From: Nitrosomonas sp.
GTDB taxonomy: Bacteria > Pseudomonadota > Gammaproteobacteria > Burkholderiales > Nitrosomonadaceae
Length of the DNA stretch: 64,000 nt
Assembly: GCF_019752415.1 (NCBI RefSeq)
Contig: NZ_JAIEME010000039.1
Coordinates: forward strand, 5,241-69,240
Direction: 5' to 3'
Both the position numbers and the translations under genes were made by a program. This document shows, piece by piece, positions 10,315-20,010 of the stretch. Position 1 is the stretch's first letter; each line of letters begins with the position of its first letter. The notes beneath the pieces were generated by a model, which was not told where the DNA came from, ran no database searches, and was given only the letters and a program-made list of their open reading frames with translations.

Positions 10315-10527
10315 ATGACGACGATTAAGCTTAAGGAAAACGAACCATTTGAAGTTGCGATGCGGCGTTTTAAACGTTCCATTGAGAAAACAGGGATACT
10401 GACAGAATTACGCGCACGCGAGTTTTATGAAAAACCGACTGCGGAACGTAAGCGGAAACTGGCTGCGGCTGTAAAACGTAACTACAAACGTTTGCGTAGT
10501 CAGTTGTTACCTCCTAAGCTTTATTAA
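10315..10527 (+). CDS. rpsU: 30S ribosomal protein S21
   Basis: 70 aa, [48 protein letters not shown]. Heads the rpsU-dnaG-rpoD cluster. Confidence 0.95.
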   Translation: MTTIKLKENEPFEVAMRRFKRSIEKTGILTELRAREFYEKPTAERKRKLAAAVKRNYKRLRSQLLPPKLY

Positions 10528-10638
10528 GTCGTAACAAATAGGAATAAGATAAACTTTAGTGTAGCGTAATGCTATTTCCGGGCATTCTCGGAATAATCAT
10601 CAAAGCTAATCAACTAACAATTCGTCGCATGGTGTACG

Positions 10639-11085
10639 ATGAGTCTGAAACAGAGAATTACGGAAGACATGAAAGCAGCTATGCGTTCGGGTGATACCAA
10701 ACTGCGGGATACCATACGCTTGTTACAAGCTGCTATCAAACAGCGTGAAGTCGATGAACGCATCGTGCTTGATGATGCCGCGGTGGTCGCGGTTATTGAA
10801 AAAATGCTCAAGCAACGGAAGGATTCTATCACGCAGTATGAGGCTGCGCAGCGGCTGGATCTGGCCAATATTGAGAAAGATGAAGTCATTGTATTAAGTG
10901 CGTATATGCCGGAAGCGTTTAATGATTCTGAAATAGATGCGTTGATTGCTGATGCAATTTCAGAAACAGGGGCAAAAGGTATGCAGGATATGGGTAAAGT
11001 TATGGCCATATTAAAACCGAAACTTGCTGGGCGTGCGGATATGGCTAGAGTATCAACGCTGATTAAAGGAAAAATATCAGCCTGA
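10639..11085 (+). CDS. yqeY: GatB/YqeY domain protein
   Basis: 148 aa. MSLKQRITEDMKAAMRSGD..LRLLQAAIKQREVD..GMQDMGKVMA is the typical YqeY pattern. Located between rpsU and dnaG. Confidence 0.85.
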   Translation: MSLKQRITEDMKAAMRSGDTKLRDTIRLLQAAIKQREVDERIVLDDAAVVAVIEKMLKQRKDSITQYEAAQRLDLANIEKDEVIVLSAYMPEAFNDSEIDALIADAISETGAKGMQDMGKVMAILKPKLAGRADMARVSTLIKGKISA

Positions 11086-11184
11086 TACTACCCAGCTACT
11101 TTGGCATTGTTTTTTTTAAACGAAACCACAGTTGATGTAATTTATTTATACTTGAAGCTGGGTGTTATTGATTGCTTTCGGTAA

Positions 11185-12984
11185 ATGATTCCTCAGCCTT
11201 TTATTTATGACCTACTCAATCGTGTAGATATTGTTGATGCGATTGATCGTCACGTTCCACTCAAAAAAGCAGGTGCTAACTTTGTTGCTTGCTGCCCGTT
11301 TCATAGTGAAAAAACGCCCTCATTTACTGTTAGCCAGGCTAAACAGTTTTATCATTGCTTTGGTTGTGGCGCGCACGGGAACGCAATTAGTTTTTTAATT
11401 GAATACGGTGGCTTGAGTTTTGTTGAAGCTGTGCATGATCTGGCAGCTTATGTTGGGATGCAGGTACCTGAGCAGCAGGCAGATGCTTTTTCCAAACAGA
11501 CTGCTTCGGATGATTTTTCGCAATATCCAGTTAACTACCTGGGTAATAATTATCCGGAGATATCGCCACAGGATCTGCTAAGTGCTCTGCAAGTTGCTAC
11601 TCGTTTTTATCGAGAGCAACTCAAAATTTCAGAAAAAGCCATTGCCTATCTTAAGAAACGCGGCTTATTCGGGAAGACAGCAGCACAATTTGCAATTGGT
11701 TATGCGCCGACCGGTTGGCAAAATCTCGAGGCCATTTTTACTGATTATAAATCTGAGAAAACCCGGAAAATATTACTGCAAGCCGGATTGGTAATAATCA
11801 ACGACGAAGCCAAGCAATATGACCGATTCAGGGATCGCATTATGTTCCCGATTCTTAATCAGAAAGGTCAGATCATTGGCTTTGGTGGCCGGGTATTAGA
11901 GCAGGAAGAACCGAAATATCTGAATTCTCCGGAAACAATTTTATTTGAAAAGGGACGGGAACTATACAACTTTTTTTCTGCACGTCGAGCCATTCGTGAA
12001 GCAAATTGTGTGATTGTTGTCGAGGGTTATATGGATGTCATCGCACTCTCACAGCACGGAATTGATTATGCAGTGGCTGCGCTGGGTACGGCTACTACCA
12101 GCTTTCATATACAAAAACTTTTACGTCAGACTGATAATATTATTTTTTGTTTCGACGGAGACAAAGCGGGTAGAAAAGCAGCGTGGCGTGCTCTTGAGAA
12201 TAGTTTGGCATTGCTTTCAGATGGGAAGTATCTGAGTTTTCTTTTTCTGCCCGAGGGCGCAGATCCAGATAGTTACGTGAATCAGTATGGAAAGGAATCC
12301 TTTGAGGAGCTGCTCAAACAAGCAATACCCTTATCTGAATTTCTATTCAGAGAATTAGGTTTAAAGACAAACCTTCAAACCAGCGAAGGTCGCGCCAAGT
12401 TAGTCAGTGATGCGAAACCGCTATTGCAGCAAGTAGCAGCGCCAGCATTGTCTTTGATGCTGGTAAGACGTTTGGGGGAATTGAGCGGGATTAGTCAAGG
12501 CGAGCTAGAGGAATTGCTGCAAATAAAACGCGCACCTAGGGTTAGCGCCACGAAGATTGCGCCAAGAAAACAACCCTCTACACCTTACCGTTGGCTAATT
12601 CTAATGTTATTGTATAGCCCGAATTATATTGCGAAACTGGATAGAGACTTGCTTGTCCAATGCAATGAAAACACTGAAGAAGTTGCTGCATTAAAAACGC
12701 TGGTTAATTTTCTTGACGTACATTCTTATCTAATTGATAGTAAATCAGGATCTTCAATATTGACTTATCTACAAAATAGCCCATATAGCGCATTACTGGA
12801 AAGTATAGAAAGCGAAACCTTAGAATGGAGCAATACGGCTGAATTAGAAGCGGAGTTTTTGGGGGCATTAGAAATATTACAGCAAGCACAACGTAAGAAA
12901 CGCATGACTGAATTACAGAGCAAATCTCTGGATAAGCTAACCGACGAAGAAAAAAGAGAGCTACAAGGATTGGCTATGCGATGA
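11185..12984 (+). CDS. dnaG: DNA primase
   Basis: 599 aa. Zinc ribbon (CCPFHSEKTPSFTV..YHCFGCGAHG). TOPRIM (VVVEGYMDVIAL..CFDGDKAGRKAA). Confidence 0.95.
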   Translation: MIPQPFIYDLLNRVDIVDAIDRHVPLKKAGANFVACCPFHSEKTPSFTVSQAKQFYHCFGCGAHGNAISFLIEYGGLSFVEAVHDLAAYVGMQVPEQQADAFSKQTASDDFSQYPVNYLGNNYPEISPQDLLSALQVATRFYREQLKISEKAIAYLKKRGLFGKTAAQFAIGYAPTGWQNLEAIFTDYKSEKTRKILLQAGLVIINDEAKQYDRFRDRIMFPILNQKGQIIGFGGRVLEQEEPKYLNSPETILFEKGRELYNFFSARRAIREANCVIVVEGYMDVIALSQHGIDYAVAALGTATTSFHIQKLLRQTDNIIFCFDGDKAGRKAAWRALENSLALLSDGKYLSFLFLPEGADPDSYVNQYGKESFEELLKQAIPLSEFLFRELGLKTNLQTSEGRAKLVSDAKPLLQQVAAPALSLMLVRRLGELSGISQGELEELLQIKRAPRVSATKIAPRKQPSTPYRWLILMLLYSPNYIAKLDRDLLVQCNENTEEVAALKTLVNFLDVHSYLIDSKSGSSILTYLQNSPYSALLESIESETLEWSNTAELEAEFLGALEILQQAQRKKRMTELQSKSLDKLTDEEKRELQGLAMR

Positions 12985-13017
12985 AATCGGTCACAGGGTG
13001 TCAGCGGTATCGAATTT

Positions 13018-13026
13018 TGGTATAAT
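13018..13026 (+). promoter_or_regulatory. candidate extended -10 promoter element (TGGTATAAT) upstream of rpoD
   Basis: TGnTATAAT match in the dnaG-rpoD spacer, ~48 nt upstream of the rpoD ATG. No experimental support. Confidence 0.35.
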
Positions 13027-13073
13027 CTGACGTTTTCAGCTTTTAATTTATCCAATATTATTGGGAATCCAAT

Positions 13074-15329
13074 ATGCCAAAGACAAAAGCGGTCGAGTCA
13101 AAAGATAATGTAGTTACCAAGAAATCAACAACTAGAAAAAATAATAATATCAATACCGAAACGGTAGAGAAAAAAGAGCCTAATAAATTAGTAGCTAGAA
13201 CTGAAAAAAAGTTAAAAATAACTGCTAAAAAAGCAAAACAAGAAACAATAAGCATAGACGTCGTTGATATGAAAATATCCGCTAGAGGAGCTTATGCTGC
13301 TACTGAGGTTTCTCAATCCATCATTGGAGAAAATGATATTGAATCGACTGATGCCAAGAAAACCAGAGGTAGAGTGCCTAAGAAAAATAAAGCAACGACT
13401 GGAATTGACCAAGTAATTGATGCGGGAGCAATTTCTGTTATATCGAATGGTAGTTCACTCCCGCAAGATATCGAAGCACGTCGCATGCGCCTGAAAATGC
13501 TTATCGGATTGGGCAAAGAGCGCGGGTACCTGACCTATGCCGAAATCAATGATCATTTGCCTGATGATATGCTGGATGCGGAGCAAATAGAAGGCATCAT
13601 CAGCATGATCAATGATATGGGTATATCTGTGCATGATGAAGCACCGGATGCCGAAACATTGCTGATGTCGGATGCAGCAACAACTGTTGCTGATGAGGAT
13701 GTGGCGGAAGAAGCAGAAGCGGCCCTTTCTACTGTGGATTCTGAGTTTGGGCGCACCACCGATCCTGTCCGCATGTATATGCGGGAAATGGGTTCTGTGG
13801 GCTTGCTAACGCGTGAAAGCGAAATTGAAATTGCGAAACGTATTGAAGGTGGTTTGCGCCACATGATTCAGGCAATATCTGCTTGCCCGCCGATTATTGC
13901 AAGAATTGTCGATCTGGCTACTGAAGTTGAAAAAGATATTCTACGTATTGATGAAGTTGTTGATGGGCTATTGGATGCAAACGCTCAGGATATTATTAAT
14001 GAAGAGTTTTCTGAAGAATCACTAGAGCAAGAATTAGCTGCCAACGATCTTGGCGATGAAGACGAAGATGAAGACGGAGACAGCGCTGCTATTGCCAGTG
14101 CAGATTTATTGAAATTAAAAGCTGATGCACTGGAACGTTTCTCAGTTATTCGTGAAATTTATACCGAGATGCAAAACCTTCTTGAAAAGGATGGGCCGTA
14201 TCATCAGGAATATATTGAGTTGCAGGATAAAATATCATCTGAACTGATGGCTATTCGCTTCTCAGCAAAAATGGTAGAGAAGCTTTGTGATACGCAGCGT
14301 GAATTAGTCGGCGATGTACGTAATTATGAACGTAAAATAATGGACCTATGTGTATCCAAAGCAAAAATGCCAAGGAACCATTTTATCAAGACGTTTCCTG
14401 GGAATGAAACAAACCTTGAGTGGATAAAGCAAGAAATCGAAGCTGGAAAGCCATATAGTCAAGCACTTGAGCACTATAGGCCTTCGGTTCTGGAGGAGCA
14501 GCAAAATTTACTCTCGCTCAAAGATAAGATTGGAATTCCAATCAAGGACTTGAAGGAAATAAATCGTAAGATGTCGACGGGTGAAGCAAAGACGCGTCGA
14601 GCCAAACGCGAGATGACCGAAGCAAACTTACGTTTAGTGATCTCTATTGCCAAAAAATATACCAATCGTGGATTGCAATTCCTCGATCTGATTCAGGAGG
14701 GCAATATTGGTTTAATGAAAGCGGTTGATAAATTCGAATATCGGCGCGGCTATAAATTTTCAACTTACGCAACTTGGTGGATTCGTCAGGCGATTACCCG
14801 GTCTATTGCAGATCAGGCACGTACTATCCGGATACCGGTGCATATGATTGAAACAATCAATAAAATGAATCGCATTTCACGCCAAATCCTGCAAGAAACT
14901 GGACAAGAACCAGAGCCTGCAGTGCTGGCACAGAAAATGGAAATGCCAGAAGAAAAGATTCGTAAAATTCTTAAAATCTCCAAAGAGCCAATTTCTATGG
15001 AAACGCCGATTGGGGATGATGAAGATTCTCATCTCGGCGACTTTATCGAGGATGCAGCAACGATGGCACCAGCCGATGCAGCAGTTTATGCTAGCTTACG
15101 TGGCGTAACAAAGGATATACTTGACTCTTTGACGCCGCGCGAAGCCAAAGTGCTACGGATGCGCTTTGGTATTGAGATGAATACCGATCACACTTTGGAA
15201 GAAGTTGGAAAACAATTCGATGTCACCCGTGAACGCATTCGTCAGATTGAAGCCAAGGCATTACGCAAGTTGCGCCATCCGGCGCGCTCGGAGCGTTTAC
15301 GCAGTTTTCTCGATACTGGTAATAATTAA
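13074..15329 (+). CDS. rpoD: RNA polymerase sigma-70 with long Lys-rich N-terminal extension
   Basis: 751 aa. Region 1.1 ([12 protein letters not shown]), acidic linker, region 2 ([37 protein letters not shown]), region 4 ([30 protein letters not shown]). Confidence 0.95.
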   Translation: MPKTKAVESKDNVVTKKSTTRKNNNINTETVEKKEPNKLVARTEKKLKITAKKAKQETISIDVVDMKISARGAYAATEVSQSIIGENDIESTDAKKTRGRVPKKNKATTGIDQVIDAGAISVISNGSSLPQDIEARRMRLKMLIGLGKERGYLTYAEINDHLPDDMLDAEQIEGIISMINDMGISVHDEAPDAETLLMSDAATTVADEDVAEEAEAALSTVDSEFGRTTDPVRMYMREMGSVGLLTRESEIEIAKRIEGGLRHMIQAISACPPIIARIVDLATEVEKDILRIDEVVDGLLDANAQDIINEEFSEESLEQELAANDLGDEDEDEDGDSAAIASADLLKLKADALERFSVIREIYTEMQNLLEKDGPYHQEYIELQDKISSELMAIRFSAKMVEKLCDTQRELVGDVRNYERKIMDLCVSKAKMPRNHFIKTFPGNETNLEWIKQEIEAGKPYSQALEHYRPSVLEEQQNLLSLKDKIGIPIKDLKEINRKMSTGEAKTRRAKREMTEANLRLVISIAKKYTNRGLQFLDLIQEGNIGLMKAVDKFEYRRGYKFSTYATWWIRQAITRSIADQARTIRIPVHMIETINKMNRISRQILQETGQEPEPAVLAQKMEMPEEKIRKILKISKEPISMETPIGDDEDSHLGDFIEDAATMAPADAAVYASLRGVTKDILDSLTPREAKVLRMRFGIEMNTDHTLEEVGKQFDVTRERIRQIEAKALRKLRHPARSERLRSFLDTGNN

Positions 15330-15342
15330 AATAATAATTTAG

Positions 15343-15419
<77 letters not shown>

Positions 15420-15427
15420 ACAAATCA

Positions 15428-15458
15428 AGAGGTTAGATTAATTTCTAACCTCTTTTTT
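15428..15458. terminator. rho-independent terminator hairpin (AGAGGTTAGA-ttaatt-TCTAACCTCT + T6)
   Basis: Perfect 10-bp stem followed by a T run. The integrase stop codon (15445-15447) lies inside it, so it could serve both the tRNA and the convergent integrase. Confidence 0.6.
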
Positions 15459-16470
15459 CTTTCTGATGTGACAAAATTGTGTCATCAAGGACGTTAGAAA
15501 CTAGCTCGGTATGCTGCATAAGTTGCGGTTTTGATAAATGAGCATACCGCCTCACCATCTCTTCCGATTCCCAACCTCCAAGCTCTTGCAATACATTCAT
15601 AGGTGTACCTAGCTGAGCCAGATAGCTCGCCCATGTATGACGCAGATCGTGCCATCTAAAGTTTTCTATTTCTGCTCGTTTTAATGCTTCTCTCCATGCA
15701 CGAGTATTAGCCCATGCAATCGGGACACTGCGGTATGTAAATACCCTGCTTGAATGCTTGCCGACTTGCCGAAGTAAAACCGCCATTGCTACGGAATTAA
15801 GTGGAACATGAATTGCTTTTCTTGCCTTGGCCTGGTCAGGATGTATCCATGCTGCTTTTCGATCCAAATCAAGCTGGCTCCATTCCAGATTAATCACGTT
15901 TGACTGCCTTAATCCAGTTGATAACGCAAATATCACCATATCCCGTTGATGAGGTGGCAGTTCGTTAAGAAGCCGTTTTACCTGCTCAGGTGGTAACCAG
16001 CGTATACGACGCTTAGGTTCTGGAAAAAGCCTGATTTTTGGAACCTTATCGATCCATTCCCAATCATGGCAAGCTTTCCTAAGAATTGCCCGTATCAAGG
16101 CCAAATGACGGTTGGCAGTTGAAGGACTTGTTGCCTTCGACTTTGCATGTGCAATATGATCAATCAATTCACGGTCAACTCCATGCAGTGGTTTATTACG
16201 CAAAAATTGCTGTAACCACCGCAGCTTTTCTTTATCACGTTCATGTGTTGCTTTGTGCTGTGTTTCCAGTAGAAACTTGCTGGCTGCTTCATCCCATGTA
16301 TATTTTGGCTTTACTCCCAGGCACTGAACACGCCATGATTCGGCTTTTAGCTTGTCGTGGTATTCTTGGGCCTGGGTTTTGTCGGCTGTGCCAGCAGAGC
16401 ATCTAATACGCTCTCCTGCTGGTGTAGTGAATGTGATCCACCACGTATTACCGCGCTTGTAGAGTGGCAT
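15445..16470 (-). CDS. tyrosine-type site-specific integrase
   Basis: 341 aa. C-terminal catalytic signature HDLRHTWASYLAQ..LGGWESEEMVRRYAHL. Adjacent to the tRNA att site. Confidence 0.9.
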   Translation of the reverse strand: MPLYKRGNTWWITFTTPAGERIRCSAGTADKTQAQEYHDKLKAESWRVQCLGVKPKYTWDEAASKFLLETQHKATHERDKEKLRWLQQFLRNKPLHGVDRELIDHIAHAKSKATSPSTANRHLALIRAILRKACHDWEWIDKVPKIRLFPEPKRRIRWLPPEQVKRLLNELPPHQRDMVIFALSTGLRQSNVINLEWSQLDLDRKAAWIHPDQAKARKAIHVPLNSVAMAVLLRQVGKHSSRVFTYRSVPIAWANTRAWREALKRAEIENFRWHDLRHTWASYLAQLGTPMNVLQELGGWESEEMVRRYAHLSKPQLMQHTELVSNVLDDTILSHQKEKRG

Positions 16471-16679
16471 ATGTTTACCTCCTTTTCTGTAACCACTCGC
16501 AACGCTTGCCGAGGGATAGAATACTGCGACCTGATGTATTCAACAAGATCATCAAGAATAAATACCCATCGTTTGCCAAGTTTAGCGCCAGGCAATCGTC
16601 CAGATTTAGCACGCCGCCGCACTTCTTCTGCATGCATCTTTAGAAAATTGGCTGCTTCAGTGAGTGAAAGTGTTTTCAT
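16347..16679 (-). CDS. excisionase/AlpA-like helix-turn-helix DNA-binding protein
   Basis: From the internal Met: MKTLSLTEAANFLKMHAEEVRRRAKSGRLPGAKLGKRWVFILDDLVEYIRSQY, a MerR-like excisionase HTH. Overlaps the integrase start by ~124 nt. Confidence 0.6.
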   Translation of the reverse strand: MKTLSLTEAANFLKMHAEEVRRRAKSGRLPGAKLGKRWVFILDDLVEYIRSQYSIPRQALRVVTEKEVNICHSTSAVIRGGSHSLHQQESVLDALLAQPTKPRPKNTTTS

Positions 16680-16939
16680 AGCGCATGGGTTTGTCGGGAT
16701 TATTAAAACCAAAATTTCTCTTGATATAGCCTTCCTTGGATACTTGCCATAAGGGGGCAGTAAGCATTGAAATTAATGTTTGACGGCAGCGAGTTGAAAT
16801 TTCAAGCGGTTGAAAACATAGAACAGTCCAAGCTTCAGAAAATAATCCGGGATTAAGCTGATGCGGAAGAATACCCACACGATTTGACTTAGCAAACAGA
16901 TTTGCAAGCTCACCCATAGCCCAGTCGAGATCATCCATT

Positions 16940-18019
16940 TCAAAGTTCATCAGAAGACTCACCCTGAGTACGTAAATAATGGTCTGAGAATGCAAGGCGT
17001 TTCGGTATAGCTTGTTTCTTTAGCAGCGCCACCACACGTTCAGCACTACCTTCACGTTGAAGCATGACATTAAACAAGGCACCATAAGAAGTTGAAGCGA
17101 CTTGCTTTAAACGTTCATAGCTAATGCGATCTTGTTCTTTGATTGTATGAATACGAAAAGCGCGTTCAGATACCCATGACATACAAGGGTAAGCACCTGC
17201 AACATATTCACCTGGGTGCAGTAAAACATCCCATGGGATAATGCGGTCTTTTGCATGAAGCTCTACTTCCCAGCGAACCCATGGACTTGAGGGGTCGCCT
17301 AGCTGCTTTCCTTTTTCATAAATCCTAATGAGCTTGCCGTTTTTGCGTCTACCAACTTCAAATGTACGGCCAAGATCATCATGTGTGATCCAATTACCAT
17401 GCTGTTTTGGGTTGGGATTTCTGCCGCCTTGCTTGAAGCCTCCGCTCTTATAAAGTTCAACTGCCTGGTCTACTGAATGCAGTCCTTTAAAATCATCTAC
17501 AGCACCATCCCATCGAGTAATTCGGCTCTGAAGATCATCTTGAAGAAATGAAGCAAATGATTGCCAATCATATATGAACGAACAACCTTCACCAGGTAGC
17601 GATAAAAAAGCAGTATCATTTTGACCGCCGTAGGCAAACATGACACAACCATGATCAAAGCGAAAAGATTTTTTCCAGCCTTGGAGACCACGCTCTTGAT
17701 CGGTCATACCGCCAAATCTAAAGTTAGTTACTTCACTAAAGGATTTGAAGAACTTTAAAGGATTATTATTTTCAGGAGGAAAAGGAAAAGAAACATTCAA
17801 CCAATCTGTTAAAGCTGCCTGTGATTTTTTTCTTTCTTCGGAGGGACTTTCCCCCCGTATTACCGTACGGGGGAGATTGACCGGATGAACCGTATCAGAT
17901 AACTGAATACCATCCGATGATGCGCCAGTGCAATGTGCTGTGTTGGTCGCTGGCGCTCCCAACCGCGCATTGACACTGGCGCTAGTTTGATTAATCAGTT
18001 TTGCAAAAGGTTTTTCCAT
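16940..18019 (-). CDS. replication initiation protein (Rep_trans / phage replication-initiation family)
   Basis: 359 aa. GWKKSFRFDHGCVMFAYGGQNDTAFLSLPGEGCS..ITRWDGAVDD..GRTFEVGRRKNGKLIRIYEKG..VRWEVELH is the typical pattern of rolling-circle-type replication initiation factors of small integrated elements. Confidence 0.65.
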   Translation of the reverse strand: MEKPFAKLINQTSASVNARLGAPATNTAHCTGASSDGIQLSDTVHPVNLPRTVIRGESPSEERKKSQAALTDWLNVSFPFPPENNNPLKFFKSFSEVTNFRFGGMTDQERGLQGWKKSFRFDHGCVMFAYGGQNDTAFLSLPGEGCSFIYDWQSFASFLQDDLQSRITRWDGAVDDFKGLHSVDQAVELYKSGGFKQGGRNPNPKQHGNWITHDDLGRTFEVGRRKNGKLIRIYEKGKQLGDPSSPWVRWEVELHAKDRIIPWDVLLHPGEYVAGAYPCMSWVSERAFRIHTIKEQDRISYERLKQVASTSYGALFNVMLQREGSAERVVALLKKQAIPKRLAFSDHYLRTQGESSDEL

Positions 18020-18071
18020 ACCCCTTAATATAAGGGGTATGTATTATCCTGTCAAGGATATTTAATATCCT

Positions 18072-18437
18072 TTAGCCTGCATCTAATTCTCGACGATGTT
18101 CTATCTTCACATCACCGCTTACAGCTTTCCAGAAGTTACTAACCCCACGGGCTATTTTATAGCCAAGTGATTTATAGGCTAAAGGGCCTTCCGGTGGAAA
18201 CATTTCACGAACATTGATACCGAGAATCTCCTCATATTTACGGATGGTGCGTTTGTTATGAATAATAAGTAATACTTTCCATCCTAAGAGTCGTCCAGTC
18301 ATGAGCATGCCTATAGCGGCCTGAAGCTCATCAGCTTGTCCGCGAAAATTCTCAGCAGCCTTATCTATAATCGCAACATATTGCAATGCTTCTTCTGGAG
18401 ATAGAGGAGGGATAGCTTGTTTTTCAAGATCAGACAT
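18072..18437 (-). CDS. hypothetical island protein
   Basis: 121-aa ORF co-oriented with rep/xis/int. No recognisable motif. Confidence 0.45.
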   Translation of the reverse strand: MSDLEKQAIPPLSPEEALQYVAIIDKAAENFRGQADELQAAIGMLMTGRLLGWKVLLIIHNKRTIRKYEEILGINVREMFPPEGPLAYKSLGYKIARGVSNFWKAVSGDVKIEHRRELDAG

Positions 18438-18910
18438 TATTTAATTTTCCTTAGTAAGTACGATAAGCATAATGGATTAAGGGGTAATAAACAACCTCTG
18501 CAAAGCACATTCTAGAGAAAGCAGAAAAAGACTAAAAATCAGAAACGTTTTGCAGGAAGGGCAGGTAGTAGAAACACGATAGTGGAATGGGATCGGCCAG
18601 CATGCCCATGAATCCGGGCATGGCCTTGCGCCGGGCCGACCGGCGCACCCGGGAAGCGGTTTCTTTTCAATTAAGCTAAATTATTTAGCGCAGGCTTTTT
18701 TTCGAGAAAAACACTTCAATTGTATAATGATTAAAAGCAAGCAAAATAATTGGTAATCGGTAGATCGAGTTTCGATTATTCAAAATCCAAACAAAATTGG
18801 AGAGCATAAAATTACTGCCATACAAGCGCATTTATATTTATATTGCAAGTAGCGATTAGGAAGATTTGAATATATTAAGTCATATTGACGGCTGGATCAA
18901 TAATAGTGTT

Positions 18911-19028
18911 TAAGGAAACTCTGATTAAGTCCTTTGACAGGCTCAGGACGAACGGTAATATATTGATTACGTTGTGGGGGTGAGCTTGTCGAACCATGAA
19001 TGTAATCAACTTAATCAGAGCTTCCTTA
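18911..19028. repeat. MITE-like palindromic element, family B
   Basis: Terminal inverted repeats TAAGGAAACTCTGATTAAGT / ACTTAATCAGAGCTTCCTTA. Nested inner inverted repeat GACAGGCTCA / TGAGCTTGTC. Related ends occur at 61772-61921 and, more distantly, at 57797-57910. Confidence 0.7.
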
Positions 19029-19244
19029 ATTTTTATTTTAAAAAATATTTTTTTTACTTTACCTAGATATAATTAGGTGTTTATAATTAACCATTATCTT
19101 AATCTGGATATGGTATCAAATAAATCGGATCAGCTGATTAAGGTAAGGTAGCAAGTGATATCGGATATTCGCAACATTTATTGGAAACTATGTTTATTGG
19201 TGTATTTAACTTTGCTCTAAAAACTTTATGGAAGGAAGAATAAA

Positions 19245-19742
19245 ATGGCAAGAGGTCTAGTATGCATTGGCAGCATCAACGGTCAACCTATTTTTGCTGC
19301 ACCTCAATCGAGTGGTCTAGCCCCTATGAGAGTGGATGGTTTTACGCCTTTTGTACCATTTTCAAGCGGAGGTAGCGCAACGCCAGCTGCTACAGGTCTA
19401 GTCTGCATTGGCAGCGTTAACGGACAACCTGTTTTTGCCGCACCTCAATTGAGCGGTGCAACCCCTATGTCGTCGGGAGACTTTGGGCCATTTTCAAGCA
19501 GTGGTAGCGCAACGCCAGCTGCTACAGGTCTAGTCTGCATTGGCAGCGTCAACGGACAACCTGTTTTTGCTGCACCTCAATCAAGTGGGGCAACTCCTAT
19601 GTCGGCGGGAGACTTTGGGCCATTTTCAAGCGGTGGTAGCGCAACGCCAGCTGCTACAGGTCTAGTGTGCATTGGCAGCGTCAACGGACAACCTATTTTT
19701 GCTGCACCTCAATCAAGTGGTGTAGCCCCTATGTGTGTCTAG
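19245..19742 (+). CDS. leaderless tandem-repeat peptide protein (4 units containing GLVCIGS(I/V)NGQP(I/V)FAAPQ); candidate multi-core precursor
   Basis: 165-aa ORF with the SD-like GGAAGGAAG upstream. Units at aa 4-50, 51-94, 95-138 and 139-165. Differences between repeats in the 18-aa block are synonymous or I/V only. Confidence 0.6.
   Translation: MARGLVCIGSINGQPIFAAPQSSGLAPMRVDGFTPFVPFSSGGSATPAATGLVCIGSVNGQPVFAAPQLSGATPMSSGDFGPFSSSGSATPAATGLVCIGSVNGQPVFAAPQSSGATPMSAGDFGPFSSGGSATPAATGLVCIGSVNGQPIFAAPQSSGVAPMCV
19254..19739 (+). repeat. in-frame tandem DNA repeat (141 + 132 + 132 + 81 bp)
   Basis: Unit starts GGTCTAGT(A/C/G)TGCATTGGCAGC at 19254, 19395, 19527 and 19659. The 132-bp period is a multiple of three. 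Confidence 0.95.
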
Positions 19743-19744
19743 TG

Positions 19745-19996
19745 ATGAGCGAGGAATTTGTAGTCCGAGCTTTATTAGGAGAGGAAATTGATCCGGGCAG
19801 GGCCAATTTCCTCTCTGCAAGAGACAAGATTCTTATCAATCAGAATGCCAATCTACGTCTCCTGCAACAGCTACCTAATGAAAACTTTCCAACCCGTTTC
19901 CTCGTCGAGGGTGATGAGGTGCATATAAATGAATTATTAGATGAGTTCAAAGCTGGAATTGTAATAGAGCCGAATAAGAAAGTAAGTATTTTGTAA
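19745..19996 (+). CDS. small protein, possibly subtilisin pro-peptide (I9)-like
   Basis: 83 aa from an ATG 2 nt after the repeat-ORF stop. The C-terminus RFLVEGDEVHINELLDEFKAGIVIEPNKKVSIL resembles the end of I9 pro-domains. This fold assignment is by eye only. Confidence 0.45.
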   Translation: MSEEFVVRALLGEEIDPGRANFLSARDKILINQNANLRLLQQLPNENFPTRFLVEGDEVHINELLDEFKAGIVIEPNKKVSIL

Positions 19997-20010
19997 TCTC
20001 AAAATGGGAA

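Noticed and set aside
13058-13864. Minus-strand ORFs antisense to the rpoD 5' region (13058-13255, 13212-13412, 13313-13516, 13553-13864).
   Set aside because: They are antisense to a conserved essential gene. Ser/Ile/Phe-rich translations are typical of the antisense strand of Lys/Glu-rich coding DNA.
16086-16752. Plus-strand ORFs 16086-16406 and 16357-16752, antisense to the integrase and excisionase.
   Set aside because: They are antisense to genes with clear catalytic or HTH motifs, and their products are low-complexity.
16657-16995. 112-aa minus-strand ORF between rep and xis.
   Set aside because: It overlaps both neighbours. A shorter product from MNFEMDDLDW... is conceivable, but nothing beyond the open frame supports it.
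19254-19739. The 132-bp tandem repeat considered as a CRISPR array or a non-coding VNTR.
   Set aside because: There are no unique spacers between repeats. The period is a multiple of three inside an SD-preceded ORF, and substitutions concentrate at synonymous positions. It is a coding repeat.
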